A stretch of DNA of 63,122 nt, filler included, from Octopus bimaculoides (GCF_001194135.2; 4 parts of 3 records of this genome joined end to end with filler, not necessarily neighbours in it); one strand, 5' to 3'; shown: positions 25,640 to 37,272, numbered from the whole stretch's first letter. Notes: a model not told the origin generated them from the sequence alone. Translations and numbers: made by a program.

Positions 25640-26774
25640 CTCCTGCGCCATTGTCTGGTATATATTTTCGTTGTCTTTATGCTAGGCACAGAGATACTTA
25701 TACACACAAAGGCACATAGAAACAAACATACACATATGCAACGGGCTTCTATACAGTTTTTGTCAACTAAATTCAATAGCATGACACTGAGATGTCTGCG
25801 GGTTGAGTAGAAAAAAATTCGCTTCATATTCTGCGGAATGAGTATGAATCCGAAACCACGTGGCTCTTAAAGGAGATTCTATACCCCCAGCCTTCCTTGC
25901 GTCCACATCCAACCATACATTGTCGCCTTTAATTATAGCGAGGATTCCACTGATGTTTGTTTATTATCATATACTTATTACATTTAATCTATTCTATCTA
26001 CTTTCATGCTAAGTTTTACTGCAAGTGGGTTTTTATGAAGACGCACATTTTCATATATGCCTGCTTTTTTTATTTTAACTTACACACAATCATGTGTACG
26101 TCTGGGTAACGAAACCGGTATGACAATAAGTTTGAATATGAATATATCTCAGCCGGTGTGTGAGCGATTATGCATGTGCAAGATTACGTAATCGCATTAT
26201 TTGTGTATATAGTCAGCTATATAATATGTGTCTTATGTATAAATGCGCATTAAAATCTCAATGTACGCGAGCATTATATATTGATGAATGGATTATGCGT
26301 GCGTGTATGGGCATGAGTGAAAATCAAATAATGTCATTATGTGCACGAGCGTGATTGCGTGTAAAGGATTATGAGAGGTTACACTCTAAAACAGATATAA
26401 ACCTACATATAATTCTGAACGCATGTACGTATATGTACATATAAGTTTGAAACGCGTGAGCATACAAGTTTATGAATAAATTCTGGGCGCATTGGCGAGT
26501 GTAAATCTGTGCATATCCAGAGTGTAATGATATGTTTAGAGATGTGTGTATTTCTATGTGTAAAATCAAGTCTATGAGCATTGGTATACGCGTTTGCATG
26601 CACGAATATTAATACTCATATAGTTCTTGTATATGCGTGCAGGTAAACTTCGCACATATTTACATATATTCACAGAAAACTACTTATACAATGAAATATA
26701 AATACATAAGCACACATGCAAACACAGGCATGTGCGTGCGTATACGAGTGTGTGTTTATATTCGTGTATATATC

Positions 26775-26823
<49 letters not shown>

Positions 26824-27580
26824 TTATCTATATATATCTATATATATCTATATATANNNNNNNNNNNNNNNNNNNNNNNNNNNNNNNNNNNNNNNNNNNN
26901 NNNNNNNNNNNNNNNNNNNNNNNNNNNNNNNNNNNNNNNNNNNNNNNNNNNNNNNNNNNNNNNNNNNNNNNNNNNNNNNNNNNNNNNNNNNNNNNNNNNN
27001 NNNNNNNNNNNNNNNNNNNNNNNNNNNNNNNNNNNNNNNNNNNNNNNNNNNNNNNNNNNNNNNNNNNNNNNNNNNNNNNNNNNNNNNNNNNNNNNNNNNN
27101 NNNNNNNNNNNNNNNNNNNNNNNNNNNNNNNNNNNNNNNNNNNNNNNNNNNNNNNNNNNNNNNNNNNNNNNNNNNNNNNNNNNNNNNNNNNNNNNNNNNN
27201 NNNNNNNNNNNNNNNNNNNNNNNNNNNNNNNNNNNNNNNNNNNNNNNNNNNNNNNNNNNNNNNNNNNNNNNNNNNNNNNNNNNNNNNNNNNNNNNNNNNN
27301 NNNNNNNNNNNNNNNNNNNNNNNNNNNNNNNNNNNNNNATATATATATATATATATATATATATACGTGTGTGTGTGTTTGTGTATTGTGTGTGTATGTT
27401 TATACATACATGTGTATATAGATAAATAGATAGTGACAGAAGGATGCGGACACACGTGAGAAAAGAATGTATGTTGCACGAATATTTCTATGGAACCATT
27501 TTCTGCAATATTTAGTGTCACATTTTGCCCTTTCTTGTTCTTCTTCCTGTTTTTGAAAAATGTATCTTTCAATTCACTCG

Positions 27581-28804
27581 TATAATCACCACATCAAACG
27601 AAGTGTTCGCCTGAGTAAAGAATATTCAACTAAAATTATTTTTTTCGTGACAATCTTCTCCGTAGTTTGCATATTTTGATATTTTCCGTATTTTTTGTAG
27701 TTCTTATGCATTGTAAAACAGCAAAGGATGAGCACCGTACAGATACAACCCCACACACCTATAATGTTTATGCGGGCGCAAATATATAGGAAGATAAAAA
27801 TCACTACATTTTCTATCAAAGCAAAGCACGCCACTGACATATTCCCGCTCGTTTTCTGAAAATATTTTTCAGGAACTTCGTTCTTTCGGGTTTCTCGTTC
27901 ACTTGTCCTAAGAAAGCATTTTCACATGAAACTTTACTGTGAATATATTTACATCCTAGGTTATACTAACCTTAAATTGCACCACGTCCTAAACAGCGAA
28001 ATCCTGAATCTTTTTCATATATAGTGGCAATTTCACTGTCCGCTTATTCTAATATAACTACATATATAGTATTTTGTACTTTTGTTTTTTTTTAAATAAA
28101 ATTTATGAATAATTTAATGATAAACTATATATGTCGCTGAATATGCCAGGCTTCAGCATATTGTAAGCGTGGCATCATAGTCCTGCCACCATCATACATT
28201 TGTCATTTTCATAACATTGCAGCCACGTGAAGGCTGTTGTAGTATAGATGCTTAAGTACTTGGAAGCCATTCTGAATTTCTCGCAAGGTATCATTCCTCT
28301 GTCTCAGGACATCATAAATCTATAATAAGACCTTTTAAACATCGAATGTGTGGGAGGATTAATCTGAGTAAAATAGCAACCAAAAGAGACCCATATTTAT
28401 AAAAATGGTTGAGAAACATTGGCGTAGACAAAAACGTTTTTAAATTTTAAGTAGGCTATGGAATAACCCTTTCTCTTAAAGGCAGAAAGCCTGAAACATA
28501 GGGAGAGAAGACGAGTCGATTACATAGTCACCAGTGCTCAACTGGATCATGTTTTATCGCTCCCGAAAGGATGAAAGGCAAAGTCAACCTCGGCGGAATT
28601 TGAACACATAACGTAAGGGATGACGATATACCGCATAGCATTTCGTCAGGCGTGCTAACGATTCTACCAGCTCGGCACCTTAAGATCTACAAAAATACGG
28701 AAAATATCAAAATATGCAATCTACGCAGAAGATTGTCACGAAAAAATAAATTTAGTTGAATATTCTTTACTCAGGCGAACGCTTCGTTTGATGTGGTGAT
28801 TATA
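27581..28804. mobile_element. Non-autonomous element with ~125-bp terminal inverted repeats (27581-27706 / 28681-28804)
   Basis: TATAATCACCACATCAAACGAAG.GTTCGCCTGAGTAAAGAATATTCAAC...GTAG.TCTTA on both strands with a few mismatches; the ends read TA...TA. Confidence 0.8.
28467..28682 (-). mobile_element. Near full-length Nin/Deu-domain SINE nested inside the TIR element
   Basis: ...GAAAGGATGAAAGGCAAAGTCAACCTCGGCGGAATTTGAAC...GTGCTAACGATTCTACCAGCTCGGCACCTT. Confidence 0.85.
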
Positions 28805-28840
28805 TTACAACGTATTTCAGTTCTATCGTTTCATTGGTTT

Positions 28841-29221
28841 CTTTTGTTTGATTCAGTCTGCGGCCAAGCTGGATCACCGCCTTTTGTCGGAGAAATAGAC
28901 TCCGGGACTTATTCTTTGTAAGCCTAGTACTTTTTCTATCGGTCACTTTTGCCGAACCGCTAAGTTACGGGGACATAAACACACTAACATCGGTTGTCAA
29001 ATGATGTTGCGTTGGCAAACAAACATAAACACGCACACACACACACACACACACATGCGCACACACATATGCACACACACACATTCACACACATACATAT
29101 ATCTACGACGGGCTCCTTTCAGTATCCGTTTACAAAATCTACTCACAAGATGCCATGCTGTGGGACTGAACCCGATACCATATGGTTGGTAAGCAATATA
29201 TTTACCACACAGCCACTCCTG
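28841..29221 (-). mobile_element. Composite OK-like SINE
   Basis: Same tail / (CA)n / head arrangement as 25221-25639. Confidence 0.9.
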
Positions 29222-31076
29222 GTTGTGCATTGTATTTCTATTTTCCTTTATGATCCAGTCATTTCAGTGCAACCATCCTGGGACATTGTCTGTAAAGGTC
29301 TAGTCGTATACAATGAACACGTGTTCGTTTTATAGTTTCATGATTTTTCTTTCCCAGATTTTAGACCACTGCATAGATATATTGCCAACCTAAGCAATAC
29401 AAATGAAACGAATGCTAAAGAGGAACACAGAGCCACCCACACGTGCACGCGCGCACGTACACACATACAAACCCACACACACGCACATACACACGCATGC
29501 ACTCACACACACTTCCCTGTAATTTCACAGGGGAACAGAACTGGAAAAACCAGATTTTCAATGGTTTCAAAGTACGCACTTACATAACCCCCCCCCCACA
29601 TATATATATATATATATATATATATANNNNNNNNNNNNNNNNNNNNNNNNNNNNNNNNNNNNNNNNNNNNNNNNNNNNNNNNNNNNNNNNNNNNNNNNNN
29701 NNNNNNNNNNNNNNNNNNNNNNNNNNNNNNNNNNNNNNNNNNNNNNNNNNNNNNNNNNNNNNNNNNNNNNNNNNNNNNNNNNNNNNNNNNNNNNNNNNNN
29801 NNNNNNNNNNNNNNNNNNNNNNNNNNNNNNNNNNNNNNNNNNNNNNNNNNNNNNNNNNNNNNNNNNNNNNNNNNNNNNNNNNNNNNNNNNNNNNNNNNNN
29901 NNNNNNNNNNNNNNNNNNNNNNNNNNNNNNNNNNNNNNNNNNNNNNNNNNNNNNNNNNNNNNNNNNNNNNNNNNNNNNNNNNNNNNNNNNNNNNNNNNNN
30001 NNNNNNNNNNNNNNNNNNNNNNNNNNNNNNNNNNNNNNNNNNNNNNNNNNNNNNNNNNNNNNNNNNNNNNNNNNNNNNNNNNNNNNNNNNNNNNNNNNNN
30101 NNNNNNNNNNNNNNNNNNNNNNNNNNNNNNNNNNNNNNNNNNNNNNNNNNNNNNNNNNNNNNNNNNNNNNNNNNNNNNNNNNNNNNNNNNNNNNNNNNNN
30201 NNNNNNNNNNNNNNNNNNNNNNNNNNNNNNNNNNNNNNNNNNNNNNNNNNNNNNNNNNNNNNNNNNNNNNNNNNNNNNNNNNNNNNNNNNNTATATATAT
30301 ATATATGCATATATATTTATATAGATAGGGTGATAAATTGAATATTAATTCAATTTATTACCCTATCTTTATAAATAATAATTTAAATAGTTATGTTCTC
30401 CAACTGGCAACATTATACTGCAGTGAATTATTTTCTGCATAATATTTTCCGGAATTTTGCGCGCCGGAGCTGAGGCATTTTGAAAAGCAGCCCCAATGTA
30501 ATTGGTAGAACTATATGGAAGTCTTGTTTCATGAAGACAATTCGTGTATAATTCTGCAAATTATATTGATTCTAGAGCATCTATACTGATGAGAACACAA
30601 ATGATATTACGTAAGTATAACGTTAATGTTCGAAACTGCAGTCCATAGATAACTCTTTATTCTGCATATTTCAAATTTTGTCCTGTTCTGGCGTTTTCCG
30701 AAATTTTTCTGGAGAGCATTATTTTGGTTGGGTCGTTGATGACCTCTTTCTAGCATATTGGATGTCCACCTAGTGGTCATCCCTTATACACTATATGCAT
30801 GTATATATATACATATATATAATGCATATACATACGAACATACATGTGCCTAAGTGTATGTATTTGTTTGTGTGTGTGTGTACTTGTTGTGTACGTTCAG
30901 GCGAGTCTTGATTCTTCACTCACTGTGTTTGTATATGTGGAACGGATATATATGTACGTGTATCCAGTTTACGTATTATGAAGAAGGATAATACTGTGTT
31001 GTATATAAATGCTTTTCAGTCTTACTTATTTATTCATTTATTTTTGTTTTACAGCAAACACTTCTTTCTGGAGACA

Positions 31077-31952
31077 ATGGATGTAGACAACGCAATCAAG
31101 TCATTGATACATTTATTCGTCTTAATCATCGGTTCCGTGTTTAATATCTACTGCTTTGTGTCAATTCTGAGAAGCAAAGTTAGGCGATCCAAAATATGGA
31201 TGTACGTTATAATTTTGAACGTAACTGACACCATCGCTATGTACGGCTACAGTATCATAATCATATGCCATTTGAATGAGTTCAATATACTGAATGATAT
31301 AAAAGCCTTATGTAGATTAGTGTTTCTACTAACGGCGTTTTGCGGATTTGTTTCAATTTGGGTTTCAGCAACTATCGGTATTGAACGGACGTTATGCATT
31401 TTCTTTCCCATCATACACCGCGTAAATTGTACTTCATCTATCACAAAGACTGTGTTATTAATCATAATTATTTTATCTCTGCCATACTCAGTGGTGGCCA
31501 CTATTTACGTGCGCGAAGATAACGTGTGCTTTTACAAATACAAACACCTGTTCTATATAGATGTTACTCTGCAGGCTATACTACCCGCTGTGATAATGGG
31601 CTTCTGTAATATTGCCATTATCTACAAACTCTTTCATCGCCCTACTTCAATAGGAACCAATCCGTCATCAAAACACGCGGTCAAATCGCTTAAGCTCATT
31701 TTGGTCAACAATTTCATATTCATTGTTACAAATGTGATGGCTTTACTGATTTCAATTCTATCAAATGAATATGACTTGCTCCAATCCGATCATTTTGTAT
31801 ATTACATTATCGGAACTATATTAAACCATTTCACTAACGTATTCTTCTATCACAAAATGGCGTTTCAGTTTAGAGCCATGTTTAAATTCGAAAAGCGGCT
31901 TAAACATTTAAGGACACCCAGTGCCGACGCTCTAGCTCTATCGGCATATTAA
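31077..31952 (+). CDS. Orphan class A (rhodopsin-like) 7TM GPCR, copy 1 (291 aa; possibly extended by an upstream exon)
   Basis: Intact ORF with seven hydrophobic segments. Motifs: GSVFN (TM1), LNVTD (TM2), C before TM3, IERTLCIFFP (DRY-equivalent), LSLP (TM4), ECL2 Cys, LPAVIM..CNIAI (TM5), LNHFTNVFFY (TM7). ATG in ACAATGG context, 22 nt after the acceptor TTTTTGTTTTACAG (31054). The ORF-track start at 30978 is probably intronic. Confidence 0.9.
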   Translation: MDVDNAIKSLIHLFVLIIGSVFNIYCFVSILRSKVRRSKIWMYVIILNVTDTIAMYGYSIIIICHLNEFNILNDIKALCRLVFLLTAFCGFVSIWVSATIGIERTLCIFFPIIHRVNCTSSITKTVLLIIIILSLPYSVVATIYVREDNVCFYKYKHLFYIDVTLQAILPAVIMGFCNIAIIYKLFHRPTSIGTNPSSKHAVKSLKLILVNNFIFIVTNVMALLISILSNEYDLLQSDHFVYYIIGTILNHFTNVFFYHKMAFQFRAMFKFEKRLKHLRTPSADALALSAY

Positions 31953-31974
31953 AAATCTTACTGGAATCACAATG

Positions 31975-32022
31975 AATAAAGATGAGGAAATATACCGCTT
32001 TCAGGAATTATAATTGAATAAA
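31975..32022 (+). promoter_or_regulatory. Candidate polyadenylation signals of GPCR copy 1 (AATAAA at 31975 and 32017)
   Basis: Hexamers 23 and 65 nt after the stop, followed by GT/T-rich sequence; same in copy 2 (36252, 36294). Confidence 0.55.
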
Positions 32023-32474
32023 AAATTGTAATTAAACAATTACATACTTAAAACAACGTTATTTGGTCAGTTATTGTTGATTAATTTGTGTTGCTTTCCT
32101 TTCTGCAAAGTAATTTGGTGTAAATCTAAACATTGTGGTCTAAGTTTTTTATAGAATCGGTATCTCAAGATCATACACTAGAATTTCTTTACTGTTAAAT
32201 CGCATATTAACGTTAGCGTCTTCTATTTTCATATTAGAGTGATAATGATACTAAGAGACACAATAAGATGAATATTATCAAGATGCTGAGTCATTCATGA
32301 TCGATAGTAAAATGCATTGTGCATGATAAACCGAAGCATTTCCATCCACACAATTCTATCCAGGAATGTTTTTGAATAGAAATGAAATTCCCAAATCATC
32401 GGAATCATACTTAATTACATTTATATACCTTAGAACGACACAGTCTTTATTAATGAAGAACAACGTACTAAGTG

Positions 32475-32526
<52 letters not shown>

Positions 32527-32529
<3 letters not shown>

Positions 32530-32668
32530 TTTTATATTTATATAAGGGCATTACTATATAATAACGCCTCACGCCATGAGGGACTCTAAGGTCAGTAGTC
32601 TGACCTTAGAGTCCCTCATGGCGTGAGACGTTATTATATAGTAATGCCCTTATATAAATATAAAAATA
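32527..32668. repeat. Near-perfect palindrome: 69-bp arms, 4-nt loop (TAGT), one mismatch
   Basis: 32527-32595 pairs with 32600-32668; the only mismatch is C32567 vs A32628. Confidence 0.95.
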
Positions 32669-34204
32669 TATATTTCGGGAATAAATGATGGATTTTTTCC
32701 CTTATGAGATTTTTTTCACGCTAGCTACTTGATACATTCTTGTAAAAGNNNNNNNNNNNNNNNNNNNNNNNNNNNNNNNNNNNNNNNNNNNNNNNNNNNN
32801 NNNNNNNNNNNNNNNNNNNNNNNNNNNNNNNNNNNNNNNNNNNNNNNNNNNNNNNNNNNNNNNNNNNNNNNNNNNNNNNATATATATATATATATATATA
32901 TATAACGATATATTCATATTGTTTAGTTAAAGAATATCAAGATGTAAATTGGCCAATATTACAGTGCACTGCAGATCCTTCGTTGCTGTGATAATCAGAT
33001 ACCCATCCATGCTGCACTAATGTAATCATTTCTCGTTGAATTGATAAATTGATTGAAGTAAATTCTATATGTTAGTCATTAAAGTGTCTCATACCTTAAA
33101 TATGAACGTTAAAACGGAAAGGGTCTCAAATTATATATGACGGCCAACAATTTATGAAGTTTTACAGTGTAAAAGATACCGTATTCGATATGGAAAATGC
33201 TGAATACATTTTAATAGTAAGAAACCCGCATTTATAGGACGCTCCCACTTATGGCAGGTGTTGTAAATTATAGCTGGGCAGTCACACAACCACAATACCA
33301 ATCCGTAAAACGTCGTCTCTTGATATTCTAGTCAAAATAACGTAATTTACCTCGCCTCAGAATCCGATACTGCACACATATCTTTGCTTGTTGGTGTCAT
33401 CGCTCAGAGTTGGCCTGACGTTAAATGGGAAAAATAACTATGCCGTTCTGTAGCGTCGTTCGTGTAGAATAATTAAGCATACATAGGGAAACACCAAGTC
33501 CCATATTTTTCTGGAATGTGTTAAAACCATAACGAAGAATTGATATATTTTTAGCGAGAAAATTATTCTTATTTAACAAACAATTTTAAACCCCGTCATG
33601 AATATTGACAAAAGTTGTAAGTGAAACCAAATATAAATATGAATTTATTTACTTTGTAACTTTCTCAGACTCTTTTATCAGTTGTACTTCATTATCACAC
33701 AGGAAGGTATTCATTAAATTCACGAAAAAGTAATTAGTAGGTTCTTTATCTTTTGACAAGGTAAACGTCAAATGGGTACTCACTCGCTTGACAGTAACCA
33801 GTCAAAATATTATACAGGTATGCTGAATGAAAAGTAACGGATATTTAAGCAATGCCACTTTATTAGTTTATCTGAGGTCGACTAAATGCTAGAGCTTCGG
33901 CAAAATAAACTGACAAAAGAAATGCCAAACTAATGAAATGCAAAACATAATTGGGGTCAACTTGTTGAAGGAAGCCTGTCGCAGTCCCAATGTCGCAATG
34001 CGCAAAAGTATCAAATTTGAAGACGCTGTTATATGCAGACAATGGCTCTCAAGTGTTGTTTCTCAGGTCTTCTATTACATAAAAAAATGGCTCTTAAAAT
34101 GTTTGTGTGCCCGTATTTAGCAATATAAAAATCAACGACTATTCAGTCATTTGGAAGTTCATTTCAACAATGGATTAATATTCTTCCTTTCTGAGACTCT
34201 TCCA

Positions 34205-35095
34205 GAAGTGGCTGTGTGGTAAGAAGCTTGTATCCCAATCACATGGTTCTGCGTTTAGTCCCACTGCGTGGCAGCTTGGGCAAGTGTCTTCTACTATAGT
34301 CTCGGGCTGACCAAAGCCTTGTGAGTGGATTTCCTAGACGAAAACTAAAACACGCCAGTCGTATCTATCTATGTATCTATCTATCTATCCATCTCTCTTT
34401 CTCTCTGTATATATATATANNNNNNNNNNNNNNNNNNNNNNNNNNNNNNNNNNNNNNNNNNNNNNNNNNNNNNNNNNNNNNNNNNNNNNNNNNNNNNNNN
34501 NNNNNNNNNNNNNNNNNNNNNNNNNNNNNNNNNNNNNNNNNNNNNNNNNNNNNNNNNNNNNNNNNNNNNNNNNNNNNNNNNNNNNNNNNNNNNNNNNNNN
34601 NNNNNNNNNNNNNNNNNNNNNNNNNNNNNNNNNNNNNNNNNNNNNNNNNNNNNNNNNNNNNNNNNNNNNNNNNNNNNNNNNNNNNNNNNNNNNNNNNNNN
34701 NNNNNNNNNNNNNNNNNNNNNNNNNNNNNNNNNNNNNNNNNNNNNNNNNNNNNNNNNNNNNNNNNNNNNNNNNNNNNNNNNNNNNNNNNNNNNNNNNNNN
34801 ATATATATATATATATATATGAGTATGTATGTATGTATGTATGTATGTATGTATGTATGTATGTATGCATGCATGTATGTGTCTAGGTATGTACATGTTT
34901 GTGCGTCTGTGTTTGACGCCTAACATTGCTTAACAACAGATTATTCGTTTACGACAATGTAACCTAGCAGTTCGGCAAAAGTTACCGATATAATATGTAG
35001 TAGGCTTACAAAGAATAAGTCCTGGGGTCGATTTGGTCGTTCACAGGTGGTGCCCCAGCATGGCTGCGTTCAAATGACTGAAACAAAAAAAAAAC
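34205..35095 (+). mobile_element. Composite OK-like SINE spanning an N-gap, at the junction of the GPCR duplication
   Basis: Head GTGGCTGTGTGGTAAGAAGCTTG...CCTTGTGAGTGGATTT (34205-34365); microsatellite plus gap; tail ...GTTCGGCAAAAG...AAGAATAAGTCCTGGGGTCGAT...CAAATGACTGAAAC. Confidence 0.85.
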
Positions 35096-35353
35096 AAAGA
35101 ATAATATATATATAACACATATACATAGAAACATACAAATGAGTGTGTGCGTGTGTGTGTGCTTGTTGTGCATGTTAGTGTGAGTCTTGATTCTTCACTC
35201 ACTGTGTTTGTATATGTTCAACGGATATATATCCGTATATACTGTTTCCGTATTATGATGAATGTTAAAACTGTGTTGTATATAAATGCTTTTCCGTTTC
35301 ACTTATTTATTCATTTATTTTTGTTTTACAGCAAACACTTCTATCTGGAGACA

Positions 35354-36229
35354 ATGATTGTAGAACACGTAATCCAGTCAATAATACATTTATTCTTCAT
35401 AATCGTCGGTACTGTGTTTAATATCTACTGCTTTGTGTCAATTCTGAGAAGCAAAGTTAGGCGATCAAAAATATGGCTGTACGTTATAACTTTGAACGTA
35501 ACTGACACCATCGCTATGTACGGCTACAGTATCATAATCATATGCCATTTGCATGTGATCACCATTCTGAATGATATAAAACCCTTATGTAGATTAGTGT
35601 TTCTACTAACAGCGTCTTGCGGATTTGTTTCAACTTGGGTTTCAGCAACTATCGGTATTGAACGGACGTTATGCATTTTCTTTCCCATCATACATCGCGT
35701 GTATTGTACTTCAGTTTTCACAATGACTGTGTTATTAATCATAATTATTCTATCGCTGCCATACACAGTGGTGGCCACTATTTACGTACGCGATGATAAC
35801 GTGTGCTTTTTTAAATACAGACACCTATTCTATATAGATGTTACTCTGCAGGCTATACTACCCGCTGCGATAATGGGCGTTTGTAATATTGCCATTATCT
35901 ACAAACTTTTTCATCGGCCTACTTCAATAGGAACCAATCCGTCATCAAAACACGCGATCAAATCGCTTAAGCGCATTTTGGTCAACAATTTCATATTCGT
36001 GACTACGAATGTAATCGTGTTACTGCTTTCAATATTATCAAATGAATATGACTTCCTCAATTCCGATCTGTTTTTATATTACTTTCTAGGAACTGTATTA
36101 AACCATTTCACTAACGTGTTCTTCTATCACAAAATGGCGTTTCAGTTTAAAGCCATGTTTAAATTCGATAAACGGCTTAAGAAGTTATGGATACCCAGTG
36201 CCGACGCTCTAGCTCTATCGGCATATTAA
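35354..36229 (+). CDS. Orphan class A (rhodopsin-like) 7TM GPCR, copy 2 (291 aa)
   Basis: Same length, motifs and upstream acceptor (TTTTACAG at 35331) as copy 1; 48/291 residues differ by manual alignment; offset 4277 bp. Confidence 0.9.
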   Translation: MIVEHVIQSIIHLFFIIVGTVFNIYCFVSILRSKVRRSKIWLYVITLNVTDTIAMYGYSIIIICHLHVITILNDIKPLCRLVFLLTASCGFVSTWVSATIGIERTLCIFFPIIHRVYCTSVFTMTVLLIIIILSLPYTVVATIYVRDDNVCFFKYRHLFYIDVTLQAILPAAIMGVCNIAIIYKLFHRPTSIGTNPSSKHAIKSLKRILVNNFIFVTTNVIVLLLSILSNEYDFLNSDLFLYYFLGTVLNHFTNVFFYHKMAFQFKAMFKFDKRLKKLWIPSADALALSAY

Positions 36230-37137
36230 AAATCTTACTGGAATCACAATGAATAAAGATGAGGAAATATACCGCTTTCAGGAATTATAATTGAATAAAA
36301 AATTGTAATTAAACAATTACATACTTAAAACAACGTTATTTGGTCAGTTATTGTTGATTAATTTGTGTTGCTTTCCATTCTGCAAAGTAATGTGGTGTAA
36401 ATCTAAACATTGTGTTCCTAAGCTTCGAATAGTATCGGTGTCTTAAGATCGTACAATGGTATCTCTTTACTCTGACATCACATATTTAATGCTATTATTG
36501 AAGTTAGAATCTTCTACTTTCTTATTCCAGTGATACTGACACAAAGATACATGATAAGATGAACATTATCCATATGGAGAGTCATTTATGCTCCATAGTA
36601 CAATGCATAGTATAGTGTATGATAAACTGAAGCATTTCCAGCTATATAATCCTTTCCAGAAATGTTTTTGAAGAGAAATGCAACTCCCAAAATATCGGAA
36701 TCAAACTTAATTATATTTATATACCTTAGCGCTACTCATTCTGTGTTAATGAAGCTCTCGTCAGATTATTGCACAGGTATGCTGAATGAAAATTAACGGA
36801 CATTTAAGGAACGCCACTTTATTATTTCTTCTGAGGTCGACTAAATTCTAGAGCTTCCGCAAACTGAAGTACAGTAAAAGAAAATTGGGGTCGACATGTT
36901 GGAGGAATTCTGTCGCAGTTTCAACGTCCGAATGCGCAGAAGTATTAAATTCGAAGACGCTTTTATATGCAGGCAGTAGCTCCCAGGGTTTGTTTCTCAG
37001 GTATTGCATTACATCAAAATGGCTGTTATAAATGTTTGTCTGCTCGTATTTAGCAATAGAAAAATCAAGGACTATTTAAGTCATTTTGAAGTCCATTTAA
37101 AAACTGGATTAATATTCGTATTTTCTTATACTTTCCT

Positions 37138-37272
37138 TGGTGTAGCTGTGTGATAAGAAGCATTCAGTCCCGTGGCATGGGACCTGTGACAGGTGTCTTC
37201 TATTATAGACCCGGGCCGACAAATCTTTGTGAATGGATTTCGTAGATTGAAACTGAAAGAAGCTCATCGTAT
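37138..37272 (+). mobile_element. OK-like SINE head at the position equivalent to 34205 in the second duplication unit
   Basis: The flank 36770-37130 aligns with 33810-34200, and both are followed by the SINE head. Confidence 0.8.

Noticed and set aside
30978-31076. ORF-track N-terminal extensions of the GPCRs (30978 start; 35147 start for copy 2)
   Set aside because: They run through a T-rich polypyrimidine tract and a conserved AG acceptor, and the upstream starts are not equivalent between copies; probably intronic.
31247-31501. 84-aa antisense ORFs conserved in both GPCR copies (also 35524-35778)
   Set aside because: Explained by lying opposite a duplicated CDS; no independent coding signal.
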